DNA of 63,978 nt, the filler included, from Collodictyon triciliatum (taxonomy: Eukaryota): the NCBI GenBank assembly GCA_043381765.1. It is 17 parts of 17 records of this genome, joined end to end, with 100 filler letters (N's around TTAATTAATTAA, not from the genome) between each part and the next. Parts side by side here need not be neighbours in the genome. Positions count along the whole stretch, not along the records: positions 1 to 3,670 come from JBHJMP010007011.1; positions 3,771 to 7,438 come from JBHJMP010007012.1; positions 7,539 to 11,206 come from JBHJMP010007013.1; positions 11,307 to 14,973 come from JBHJMP010007014.1; 13 more parts are not named here. One strand, written 5' to 3'. How positions within the stretch are numbered: position 1 is the stretch's first letter; each line of letters opens with the position of its first letter. The notes below the pieces were generated by a model that was not told where the DNA came from, did not search any database, and worked only from the letters and a program-made list of their open reading frames with translations. Positions 1-11,544 of the stretch are shown one piece after another. The translations under genes were made by a program, and so were the position numbers.

Positions 1-57
<57 letters not shown>

Positions 58-131
58 ATTTCCATCGATTGTTTGGAGTTGTTGTGATTTCAATATGTAA
101 CATCTTGCAGACAGATAAGTGTCGGTAACCG

Positions 132-356
132 CGTGCGATATCTCCCACAGCACATCCAACCCCTGCTACCCAAACAACCAATCAACCAGTTGGGACGCCC
201 ACCTGACCAACTCGCTATCACCGATTTCTTTCCAGTGCTAGCCCCTCCACAGTAGTGTCTTCTATTACTCGCGTTTGCTCTCTACCATGCGCACCTATCT
301 CGCCCCTTTGTATGGCTCAACCTCGATGGACTTTGAATCGAATAAAGGGAGAAAAA
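132..356 (+). mobile_element. 5'-truncated 3' end of L1/Tx1-like non-LTR retrotransposon (family A)
   Basis: Nearly identical to 24608-24720 and to the reverse complement of about 29750-29912 (VRYLPQHIQPLLP..QLGRPPDQLAITDFFP). Ends in CTTTGAATCGAATAAAGGGAGAAAAAG. Confidence 0.8.
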
Positions 357-1404
357 GTATTTTTTTTAACCTTATTATAGATACTAATTATACTATTGTA
401 TTATTCAGGTTGCTTCTTGGATTCATCAAAGCTCTTGCTTTTGTCAATCCAGACTTAATTCGATGGTTGTCTGTGCAATAAACTGCTATAAATGAGTACA
501 CTTTCGTTTTATAAAAAGTGGTGTGCCTTGAAAGGGATAAATCCAAGTTCGTCACAACCTTTGTAATGAAGTTTATCCGTCCACAGGCCGAACGAGACCG
601 AAGAGAAAGGAAACGAAAAGAATAAAGGAAAGAAGAAAAGAAGAAAAGAAGAAAAGAAGAAAAGAAGAAAAGAATGAAACGGATGAAACGGATGAAACGG
701 ATGAATGATTCAGAGCAACTAATACTGAGCACTATATTCATACTTATCTTGCTCCTCGTGAGTCGATGGCTAGGGCTCGATCGGTGTTTTTTTTTTTTTA
801 TTATAACTTATTTATTTCAAAGAGCTCCATCCGTCTTATGAGTAGGTTGTTTTACTCACAGGTCGGTGGCAGCTGGTGTCTTTATCGTCAGTGCGTCTCG
901 GTGCATGACCTGTGTTGTGAAGGACGCGGTAAAGTGACTTTTTCGCTGTCTGGGCTCGCTGCGTCGGCCTTCTTGTTTGCGTACGATCAGTAGGCGTTCA
1001 TTGGCGCGGGGCTGTGGCGCCGGTCTCCGGTAGGCGGTCTCGTCCTTCTCGGGATCCTTCTTTTCGATCGCTTGCGTGTTTTTTGTGTTTATTTTCCGGC
1101 TTCAGAATTCAGTGGGTCGAGAGAAGAAGAGAAGAGCCCCAGTGTAATAATATTATTTTACGGAGAATGTGTCTTTAGTCTCTGTCCGTGTATTTGTTTT
1201 TCAGCAAAAGAGACTTTCTCTCGATTATTGCGTTTTTTTTTTTATTGTTCCTCTCAAGCCTGTCTCTTTATTTATTTATTTTTTTATTCTTCCTTTCAAT
1301 TTTGTGCAGGATAGTGGAGATGTTACCTCAAGCCTGTCTCTTGGTTGATCACCACACTTATTCACATTGTTAGTATATAATATATTACCTTGGAAATTCT
1401 TTTT

Positions 1405-1532
1405 CAAACAAACAAACAAACAAACAAACAAACAAACAAACAAACAAACAAACAAACAAACAAACAAACAAACAAACAAACAAACAAACAAACAAACAAA
1501 TAAATAAACAAACAAACAAACAAACAAACAAA
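1405..1532. repeat. (AAAC)n microsatellite
   Basis: Read directly from the sequence. Confidence 0.98.
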
Positions 1533-1577
1533 GCCTGTAAACTTTTTTATTCGATATTTTTAAAAGAGGGTGGCCGC

Positions 1578-3433
1578 TTAGTACTGACGATGGTTCGGAT
1601 GCATCTGCGGTGGGAGGTTTTGATAGCCTGTGTGCGGCGGGATGGCCATACCTGAAGGGGGCGCGTTTGGAGGGTGAATCTGGGCGGGGCCCTGGTGTGG
1701 ATAGGTTTGCGGCGGGTACCCGACTTGGGGAGCCTGATATTGCTGGTGTTGAAGGAGCTGTGGGTGCTGTTGATGTTGGGGATATGGGGCATTGCGGGAG
1801 AACGGGCGCTGTTGGGCTGCAGGCTGCTGTCCATACTGGTGGGGAGGCGCCAGAGATTGTCCGGAATAGCCAAACGATGGTGGAGATGGGTGTGTTTGCT
1901 GTTGTGGTTGCTGAGGTTGCTGTGATGGCTGTGATGGCTGTGACGGCTGTGGTTGGGCAGAATAGTGGGGTGGATATTGTGATGGGTGTTGGGATGGGTT
2001 CTGGGGCAGGTTTCTGGGTGGCTGCGAGTTTGGTGACGGGTTGTGGTTGTGACCAGGGAAGGCCGCTTGGTTTTGCGATTGGCTTCGTTGGTACGGATGA
2101 GGGGGTTGCTGAGAGCCCTGCCCGGCGGCTTGGCCCTGTCCCGGAATCAAAGGTGCAGTCGGGCTCTGGCCTGTGCTACGGGGTGGTTGGTGGGCGTTCG
2201 GGTGAGTCGGCACATTTGGGGTGGCTTGGCTGCTTGGTGCATTTTGGCCCTGCAGGACGCTTGGGTGCTGGCCTGTCGGTGAGGCTGTGGGATGATTTGA
2301 AGGATGGCTGAGCAACCCAGCTGGGCTTTGGTTGGGACTTCGGTTAGGGGCTTGCCCAGGACCTTGGTTGGGTGGTTGGCCAGGCCTTGGAAACTGCAAT
2401 TGCTGTCGATTTTGTTGGTAGTTCGGCCCGCGATTTGGCTGCTGGGTGGGCGTTGTGGACGGTGTTGTGTTGCGGTTTGGTCCACCTGCTGGTGGTTGCC
2501 TAATGAGATATGACCAAGGATTAAAAGCTCATTTTACAATTTTAAGGATGGCTTTATTTATCTTCTGTTTGTTTGTTTGTTTGTTTGTTTGTTTGTTTGT
2601 TTGTTTGTTTGTTTGTTTGTTTGTTTGTTTGTTTGTTTGTTTGTTTGTTTGTTTGTTTGTTTGTTTGGTTGTTTGTTTGTTTGTTTGTTTGTTTGTTTGT
2701 TTGTTTGTTTGTTTGGTTGGTTGTTTGTTTGTTTGTGTTCATAATTGCGCAGTTATTGAATTATGTAATCGCTCTGAAACGGACGCACTATCCACGGGTT
2801 CAGGTAAGTGATTTATATGGAAAAATTCTTTTGTTTTTATGAGATTTTTTTAAAAAAAAAAATTCGTATTTTAATCCTTACATTCCTGGTGTTTGTCGTG
2901 GGATTCCCTCTCCTGGCGCTCTGTCACCTACGCGATAAGGATTCTGCTCTCTTGGTGGTCTACCCAGTAAATTAGGCGTTGTCCTTGGGGATTGAGTAAG
3001 CGCTCCGTTCGGCCCACCTTGATTTTGAAGTCTATTGGAGTATGCCATAGGGGACCCGTGCAAACCAGGGGGTATGCTACCCATGCGGTGCGCTGGGCTG
3101 CTTGTTGTAAGTCCTGGAATGACATCTCCTGAATCCGAGTAATCTACACGCGAGTGAAGTGTCAATTGTAAAATTATGACATGATGTATATAGAAAAGTA
3201 TGTTCTTTATCCCCATCTGATTTGTTGTTATTATTATCATTGTTTTGTTTCATGTCGCTACACTTTGAATCGAATAAAGGAAAAAAAAATTGTTTTGTTT
3301 CATGTGCTGGACAGTTGAATATGTAGTTAAATTCTGAGTGTGGTTAGTACAATAATACTTTTATCATTTCAACTAACCATTAGCAGATGACTGGTCGTGG
3401 ACCATTGAATAGCGCTCCTGGCCTACGTCACCT
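1578..3433 (-). CDS. 3' part of a spliced gene with a Gln/Pro/Asn/His-rich low-complexity C-terminus (hypothetical, 5'-truncated)
   Basis: Exons at about 3433-3378, 3145-2882 and 2500-1578 are joined by GT-AG introns. The last exon is a ~300-aa Q/P-rich ORF ending HPNHRQY-TAA. Confidence 0.6.
2566..2735. repeat. (GTTT)n intronic microsatellite
   Basis: Read directly from the sequence. Confidence 0.98.
3239..3305 (+). mobile_element. 33-nt retrotransposon 3'-terminus insertion with a perfect 17-bp target-site duplication
   Basis: ATTGTTTTGTTTCATGT (3239-3255), then CGCTACACTTTGAATCGAATAAAGGAAAAAAAA, then ATTGTTTTGTTTCATGT (3289-3305). Confidence 0.85.
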
Positions 3434-3575
3434 GGCAGCTCGCGGCACCAAAACTATATACCCGAAAATTTACTATCAACAAAACACTTTGTAAACATAA
3501 ATATAAATAGAGTAAAAAGAATTCTCCATAGTTATATGAAAATGAAGATTGTTTGGGTGGGGTTACCATTCTTCA

Positions 3576-3576
3576 T

Positions 3577-3667
<91 letters not shown>

Positions 3668-3670
3668 TTT
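3576..3670. repeat. (ATTT)n microsatellite at contig end
   Basis: Read directly from the sequence. Confidence 0.98.
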
Positions 3671-3770
3671 NNNNNNNNNNNNNNNNNNNNNNNNNNNNNN
3701 NNNNNNNNNNNNNNTTAATTAATTAANNNNNNNNNNNNNNNNNNNNNNNNNNNNNNNNNNNNNNNNNNNN
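3671..3770. other. Artificial contig spacer (N44 + six-frame-stop linker TTAATTAATTAA + N44), first of 16
   Basis: The same 100-nt spacer also starts at 7439, 11207, 14974, 18741, 22499, 26362, 30126, 33890, 37652, 41413, 45174, 48935, 52696, 56457 and 60219. Adjacency across spacers has no biological meaning. Confidence 0.99.
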
Positions 3771-5138
3771 GAATGAAACAGGATGTAAACCTTGTCTGAG
3801 ATAGACGGTTGAAAGGACTCGTCGGAATCGATTTGAGAAGTAACTGCCATGTGCGTACTTTCATCGACCCGACAACTTTATCCGCTCCTCTGTCAGTCTT
3901 GAATGCAACCAGAAATCGCGTTGGAGCTGATTCACCTCGGGTAGAATAGTCTGCGTGTGAGAACACTTACTCTCCTTTCTATGTTATTTTTCTTTTTCTT
4001 TTTTTTCTTCCACCCAAAACACAAAAACTCCAACCACACAATCCGGGTGTTTGCACTGTCTTGTCCGCAGCTCATTTTTGTCCTAGAGGCGAAGGCGGTT
4101 TCTTCGGCTTTGTTTTACCAAAAGAAAAATAAAACATACCAGAACCACATGATTATATAGCTCATTTTTGGATGATGATGATAATAATAAGAAGAATAAT
4201 AAGAATAAGAATAATGTGGCATTCTGCTTAGGGGGAGAGCGTCTCGAAGAATTATAATTACCTCATCCAACCTCGAGAATGTGTTTTTCTCTTCCCTTTT
4301 TTTGTTTTCGAGCGAGAGAATCCATACATCCAAAGTGAGTCCCGAATAATGCCAGAGTTTGTGTGGTACTTTCTGCATCTTGAGAAAAAAAAAAGCATAT
4401 GCAAATCTCAACCCCAAAGCTAGTGCCCGCACTGGAAAATAATAATAAATTCTACAATTCTGGATATTAATTCACATATAATTTTAAGCCTTCATATAAC
4501 GATATCAAGGTTATCGTATTGAATAATATAACATTATACACATACGAATATATATTTATTGTGATTCTCATCTGGTTCAGGACTTATTCATAGAATTAAA
4601 GACCGTTTGTCGGTTACTCTCCCACCAACGGCAGGGTTTCCCAAATTCCCAGGACTATACATAGATAATACTTGTTGCTGCGGTCATTATATTAGAAGAT
4701 GAAGCTCATACAAAATCTATCCGATTAACGGTTTAACAGTGGCGCATGGTGCCGCCAAAGGACATCGGTGACAGAATGACTTGGGCAACGAACAGAGCCT
4801 GGCAGCAGCCCGCACCTGACACACCAATCTGCACGCTTCTGTCACCTCGAGCCCCAAATGCCACCAGACAACACGAATGATCACACATCAAACACACAAC
4901 CACTAAACATAGACATCACACCACACACCAGCCAAACTCGCCTGCCACATCGCCCCTTGTCAGAAGTTTGACCTTCCCTTTCTTTTTTTTTTTTTTTGTC
5001 CTTTCTTTTTCTCACCACAGATCCCCCCAAAGCCGCCGTATTCGACGCGCAAATCCACACACCGCCGCCACCGCACAGAAACCACACAGTAGAAGTCTGA
5101 CTCGCCCGTCGACCAGCAAAGCCACCCAACAAGCAAGG

Positions 5139-7166
5139 ATGCTGCACAAGGCCGTCTTCGCCCTCCTGACCACGCTGGTCGCCTCTGCGCTGGGCAGCAC
5201 ACTGCTGCCCTTCAACACGGACGGCAATGCAACCTTCCTGACAGGTCTAGACGACTCTTGCCATAGCGTGGCGGGCTCTGTCGTGTTCTTTGGCCTGGCT
5301 TTCAGCTCCATCTACGTCTGCACAAACGGCGTCCTCTCGCTCGACCAGTCCTTCACCGTGAGCAGCACCAGCCCGCTGCCTTTCTTCGGCCGCGCACTCA
5401 TTGCCCCCTTCTGGAACGATCTGGACACACGCAACCAGGATGGCAGCGGCGCCGGGCGCGTCTACTACGAGGCGATCCCCACGGGCACGACCTACTCGGC
5501 CCAGTATGACAGCTACGTGCGAGGCAGCGACCCGTCTGGCGCCCACGCCTCCTTCACGGCCTCGCGCATCTTCCAGGTCACGTGGAGCGAGGTGGGCACC
5601 TACCCGCGCGTCACCTTCCCCAACAACACCTTCCAGGCTGCCATCGTCACCGACGACTGGGACTACTTTGTTGTCTTCAACTACCCTGAAGGCCTCATCA
5701 ATCTCCCGCTCTCGGGCACCACTGTCGGTGTCGCTGTCGGTGATTCCTACAACTACTTCATTCCGAGCTTTTCCCGCCAGAACGTGTCCCGTGCCGCTTA
5801 CGAGTCGAACATTGGAGTTCCTGGTGTCTGGCTGTGGAACGTTGGTTTGTTGGCTCTCTGCTTCTTCCATCTTTCGTTCCGGATACTTTCTTTTTTCGAT
5901 TTTTTTTTTTTAAAAAAAAATAAGAGCAACATTGCCAATGTATGAAAAGTTTCTCCTTTGTCCCTTGAAAATGTTTCTATTTTCTCTCCCAATATTCAGC
6001 GTGAATGTTTATTTTCTCTCTGACTTTGAGGGGCAAATAAGTACACAAATGCATTATTGAAAGGGTTTTCTCTATGGAAACGCTTACAGGAAACTCACTG
6101 CCCAGCCCGACCTTCAGCCAGAGCCCAACTGCTTCACAAAGTCGAACTGCTTCACAGTCACCGTCGCAAAGCCCTTCGCTTCCAGATGGCGCCATGGTGT
6201 ACCGAAACATTCACGGCAAGTCAAATGCACTTGGATACTCGGTGTCTGCCGAAGGAAACGAAGTAGCCATTAGTCAGCCCTCCTGTTCTGAATACAGTCA
6301 GAGCGACAAAGCCTGCGGAAAGGTGTACCTACTTCAAACATCATCCGAGGGCTGGTGGCTGAAGCAATACTTCCAGTACCTGGGGAAAGCAGTCTACAGT
6401 CGCTTCGGAACAAAAGTCCTTCTTCAGAATGGATGGCTCCTCGTCCAGTCCGAGGCTCTCTATGATACCTCTTCATACACAGAAATGTCTGCTGTGTACG
6501 GCTTTCGCTACAACCCTTCTGTGAACCGCTACGTTCGTAAGTTCTCTATAACCTCTCCGATTTCGCAAAACTGGCAATATTACGGAAGTGCGATTGCCAT
6601 GGACGGCAACTTTACTTTCGTTTCGTCGCCTTACATCGATACGGATGGCTATATGGATAACGGAATTGTCTTTGGCTATCACTATCCCAAATCGATCGAC
6701 CGAGTTCAGGGCCCAAGGTATCTTACAATCAAGTCTCCAAACATCCAGTCTTATGAAAACTTTGGCAAGGCTGTTGCCGCGTCCGCTGGTCTGTTGGTAG
6801 TGTCTGCGGGTAACGTATATGCTGCTGTCCAAGACATTTTGTGTGTTTTTACGTACTCCATGGATAACACTACCCTCGTACAAACACTTTATCCCAGCAA
6901 CTCGTACTCATACTTTTATGGAAGCAACGTTATCTTTGATGGATACAACCTCTTCGTCGCGGCGCAAGGGTACTCTGCAAATGTCTACAAGAGCGGTTCG
7001 GTCTATCGCTATACCTTAAACCAATATGGCACTTTTGAAGAGTCAGACTTTATCACTCCCTACGATACCCCTCACATGGCGTACTTTGGTACTTCCATGG
7101 CATACAATCGCGAGGGACAGTATCTTGTTGTTGGATCGACATGCGGTGACACCTGTGGAGTTCGAG
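5139..7166 (+). CDS. Secreted or surface protein: signal peptide + NIDO domain + Ser/Pro/Thr linker + FG-GAP beta-propeller (3'-truncated)
   Basis: Exon 5139-5844 has MLHKAVFALLTTLVASALG and the NIDO motifs LIAPFWNDLDTR, GRVYY, FQVTW, NTFQAAIVTD and SNIGVPGVW. Exon 6090-7166 has six FG-GAP-like repeats (LGYSVSAEG, FGTKVLLQN, YGSAIAMDG, FGKAVAASA, YGSNVIFDG, FGTSMAYN). The intron is GT-AG, phase 1. Confidence 0.85.
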
Positions 7167-7569
7167 GTTTCTTTTTATTTTACTTTGTTTTCCTGTCTAT
7201 TTATATCCTTTTTTTTTTTCCCTTTACATTCATGGGCTCTTTTTCTTCATTTATCTATATACTTCCACAATTTAATTGGTCTGGTAATGTACGTTCCAGT
7301 TGCAAGTATTTGTTTTTTTATTTTTTTTTCTTTTTTGATATTTATTTATTCTATATATCTAGAATAAATAAATATCAGTTTATTTCGTGCTTTATTGTTT
7401 TATGCGTTTTTTTACCTATTATTATATCTAATTCAATANNNNNNNNNNNNNNNNNNNNNNNNNNNNNNNNNNNNNNNNNNNNTTAATTAATTAANNNNNN
7501 NNNNNNNNNNNNNNNNNNNNNNNNNNNNNNNNNNNNNNCAATTCTATTTTTTCAAGACGAAAACAGTAA

Positions 7570-10500
7570 ATAATATCACATTTACTTTCATGAGATCGAT
7601 AGAATTCTGAGTCAATATCAGTGAATTTTCTTTGTAGACTGAATGAAGTTCCTCGAGAAATGATAATGCTAACAGTTTGTGTGGTGAATAAATGAAAAGG
7701 AGAATGTAGATTTCCATATATAAAGGGTTACTTTCTCCAAAGAGCTCAAATCGTTTATGAGTCCCCAGAACCGTACCGTACACAAAGCCTGTATGAACAC
7801 GAACATTTGGCCGAATTCCCTTGAAAACAGAAATAATCAGATATACTGTTAGGGTGATATTTGGAGTGATGTTTTTGAACAATCTGATTACTTACCTTGT
7901 CTTTTCAAAGGAAAGGAAACAAGTAAAACATTATGCCTAATGAGAAAATGATTTCCACGATAGGTGCGGTTAATTGAATAATAGAATCGATTTACCAATG
8001 TCAAAAAAGAAGCCGATTTCGTTAATTTTGTAGCCAGAACAAATAATCTTCTCGACCCAGCGACATGGTCATCAGAGTCAAAGAGCCCTACCACTCCCTC
8101 CAAGTATATAGAATTGTGCATGTGAATCATCTCAGAACAACATATGAATGTGTATTCAATCTGATTTTTTGAATTTTTTTAAGTGAGTAAATAAAAAATA
8201 CCAAAATTCTCCCGCCTTTCAGTCGATTCGATCAAATGAATCATGAATTTAGCGTAATATGGGTAACGAGTCGCAGTCAATTTAATTCCGTCGTCAGGAG
8301 ATAAAATCGTGAGAATAACAATAAAGTTCATGGTTAAAGGAAAAGAAAATATGAAAAAGAGAAATTTTTAAAAAAAAGAGAAGCATCTGTAAATGGCCAG
8401 GCCTGTGGTACTTACTAAACGTTCCTATTTTGTCTATTTTGAGCCTATAGATTAAGAATAGGATATTAATCATATTGTAATGATCAATACTAATTAACGA
8501 AATAACAAGGATTAGTGCGATTTGTTACAATAAAGATTGAAAGCACAAACAGATCGAAGGCCTTATCCATAGCTCTACAGTATAGTTGAAATATTTGTTA
8601 TTTTGAAAGGTATTTAGCTGAATATTTCCATCTCAACGTAACTTTTCAAATTAGAAGTAAAAGATAAATTATATGATCACGAAAAGATAATAAGTAAATG
8701 ATTTTACGAATAATAAAAATTCATTCTCACTCGAAGATGGATTTCAGTCTCAAATTGAAAGGTTGGCGATCGGAGGTCTCTGAAAATTCATGCAAGGAAG
8801 GTATTTCGATTGAGATACACGTCACATGAGATCCAAAATAAAGGTATTCCCCCACAACTTTGTTTGATATATTATCGTATATTTCCCTTACAGAAAGAAT
8901 ATATTTCAGAAAAAATATGAAAATTGGTTAAGCTCAAGTAAATGGAACGAAATGTTTTTACATGAATAATTCATTTTATTTTACCGAGTAGGGGGAAATT
9001 TTTAAGAAAAATGGTTTACTTTGGGTAGAGTTTGCTAAGAACTTTTTCTGTTTCCCCTTTATCTTTTTCTGCTTGGGATTTGAGAAATCTAACTGCCCTT
9101 CCCATTAAAAAAGACCTGCAGTAATTCTCATCGAAATTTGATTGAACTCAATATGCAAATGGGCATTATATAACATCAAACATTCAATAGTATAATGGTG
9201 AAAAGAAAACAAAGAGATGAAAACAAGCTGCTTGAAAATTTCAATTTATCTAACCTTCTTTCAGTCCTCTCCAAGAAGTAATGAACAAACATGAAAATTG
9301 ACCCAACTACCGTGGTTATAAGAATTTTTTGGATGATGAATGCATTTTGAATATGAACCGAAGATATGACTATGTTTCCGAGAATTATCATGAAAGAGTA
9401 TTTGAAGGTGATACGGAACGCCCCTCGGACGTATACTTGATGCACCTTTTGGTTTTGGTTTTGGTTTTGTTTTTAACAACAATAAACCCTCAGTAAGTTT
9501 AATGTGATTAAAAGAAATAGTAAAGGCAATGGTAATAATGATAATAAAACAACATTCAATTATGCGCTTGGAGGATCGACTTACAAACAATAGTAGTGTC
9601 AATATTGGGTCGATTGTCTCTCTATTCTGGAGGAAATTGAATACCATAATTGAGAGGCATGTAATCAGATAAGAAAATGTGGTCACACTGTGGAACCCCC
9701 TATACAGATACATTTGGTTGCAATTTTAATTTTTAGATGAATGAGGGTGGACATAAGAGGCCGGGATTAGTAGAGTATAGGATTGATGATGATATCAACT
9801 GTAAGATATTTCAAGTTGGTTTATTAGCTTACATCGGCAGCGAATTTTCTTTGAACGTCAAAGGTATATTGATTAGGCAAGCGACGAAGGGCAGGCCAAG
9901 AGAAATGAGACACTCCAGTCGATTAGGTATATCCGATCTTTTCAGAAAATTGGTTGAGATAGGTGAATAACATGAAGCGGGCTAGAATGCGGATACCTAC
10001 TTACCGTGACATGTACAATTCTATGATATATGCCGATAAATTCAATATCAACACAATCAAAAATATTCTCAACGGGCGTTGCATCGCCTTTGGCAGGGAC
10101 TCCACATACTCTTTCTCCAAGCTATCGTCCTTAAACCTAGTTATCATCGATCATTCATAACATATCCACAGATATTAATGAAAGAGGATGAATAAATGAA
10201 TGAAAAGGATGAATCACCTCAGAGGGAACGCCTTCATCGTGCCTTTCTTTTGCTGAAACCTATCCTGCTCCCAAGTGAATATATCCTGCAGCTCTTCATA
10301 CCAGGCTTCATTACTTTCTGTCATTCTTTTACTCGAGGCAGATGAAAACTCCGAGATGCCTCTGCTGTTGATGCTGCCTGACTCCCAATCGCTTCCGCGC
10401 ACCGAAGCGCCTCCTTTGCGGCTGCGGCGTGTTGGGCGCTGATTGCTTTTGCTTGTGCCTTTGCCTTTGCCTTTGCCTGTGCTTTGACTGACTCCACTCA

Positions 10501-10846
10501 CACTGCTGGCTCCATTATGCGCAAACGAAGGAACAGCACGATTGCTGCTACTGCTGATGCTGCTTCGTTCTCCAGGTTCGTTATCTGACAGCGCTGCAAA
10601 GCGCTCTTTTGTGGTGGTTTCCAGTGTCCGCGGCGCGGCATTGCGAAGCCGAATGTTCTGTTTGATTGTCGAGTACGCTGCGCTTCCGGCTTCTCTGTTT
10701 GACTTTGTGGAGTCGCTGGATATATTACGAGAACCGGACGATGGGCGTGCTGGGATTTGGATTGGCTCGAAAGAAGACGGCGGTGAGTCGCCTCTGAGAG
10801 AAATGATTTGATTTGCCTTTGGGTGTGCGCCGTGGGAATCAGCCAT
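7570..10846 (-). CDS. Membrane-bound class III adenylyl/guanylyl-cyclase-like protein with a degenerate cyclase domain (3'-truncated, about 13 exons)
   Basis: The spliced product has a Ser-rich N-terminus, FPLRFKDDSLEKEY, about 6 hydrophobic segments, the helical linker ERTERRSFL..ETEKVLSKLYPK, and then HVTCISIEI, KIGTFSGRILGVVGL, DDHV and VHTGFVYGTVLGTHKRFELFGET. These are colinear with the cyclase fold motifs. Confidence 0.7.
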
Positions 10847-11306
10847 GTCTGTCGGGGTTGGGCTTCGTGAGCTTTGATGTGCTTGTAGGTGTGCTTTTGG
10901 AATGGGACTGTGGTAGAGATCGACATGATTAAGTATTCCGATAAAGATTATATGACTATGACCTGAATTGAGTTCTTTGCATTTCTTATTACTTCGTTGT
11001 TTTTATGGTTTTTTTATGGTTTTTTATGGTTTTTTATGGTTTTTTATGGTTTTTATGGTTTTTTATGGTTTTTTATGGTTTTTTGTTTTTTGTTTTTTGT
11101 TTTGTTCTTTGTTTTTTTGTTTTTTTGTTTTTTGTTTTTTGTTTTTTGTTTTTTGTTTTTTGTTTTTTGTTTTTTGTTTTTTGTTTTTTGTTTTTTGTTT
11201 TTTGTTNNNNNNNNNNNNNNNNNNNNNNNNNNNNNNNNNNNNNNNNNNNNTTAATTAATTAANNNNNNNNNNNNNNNNNNNNNNNNNNNNNNNNNNNNNN
11301 NNNNNN

Positions 11307-11424
<118 letters not shown>

Positions 11425-11544
11425 AAATATATCAGTAAAATATGAAGACATATACATCATGCAAGAAAAAATAAAGACACGGAGGACTATGCGCTAGCCG
11501 TCCACGCGAACATGGGAAGGATATAGTTGGGACAACGGTCAGAC

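Noticed and set aside
388-1060. Possible small spliced minus-strand gene at the start of contig 1
   Set aside because: Splice-like signals exist, but I could not build a convincing reading frame.
3715-3726. Recurrent TTAATTAATTAA palindrome every ~3.76 kb, superficially like a regular repeat array
   Set aside because: It is an artificial six-frame-stop linker inside N padding.
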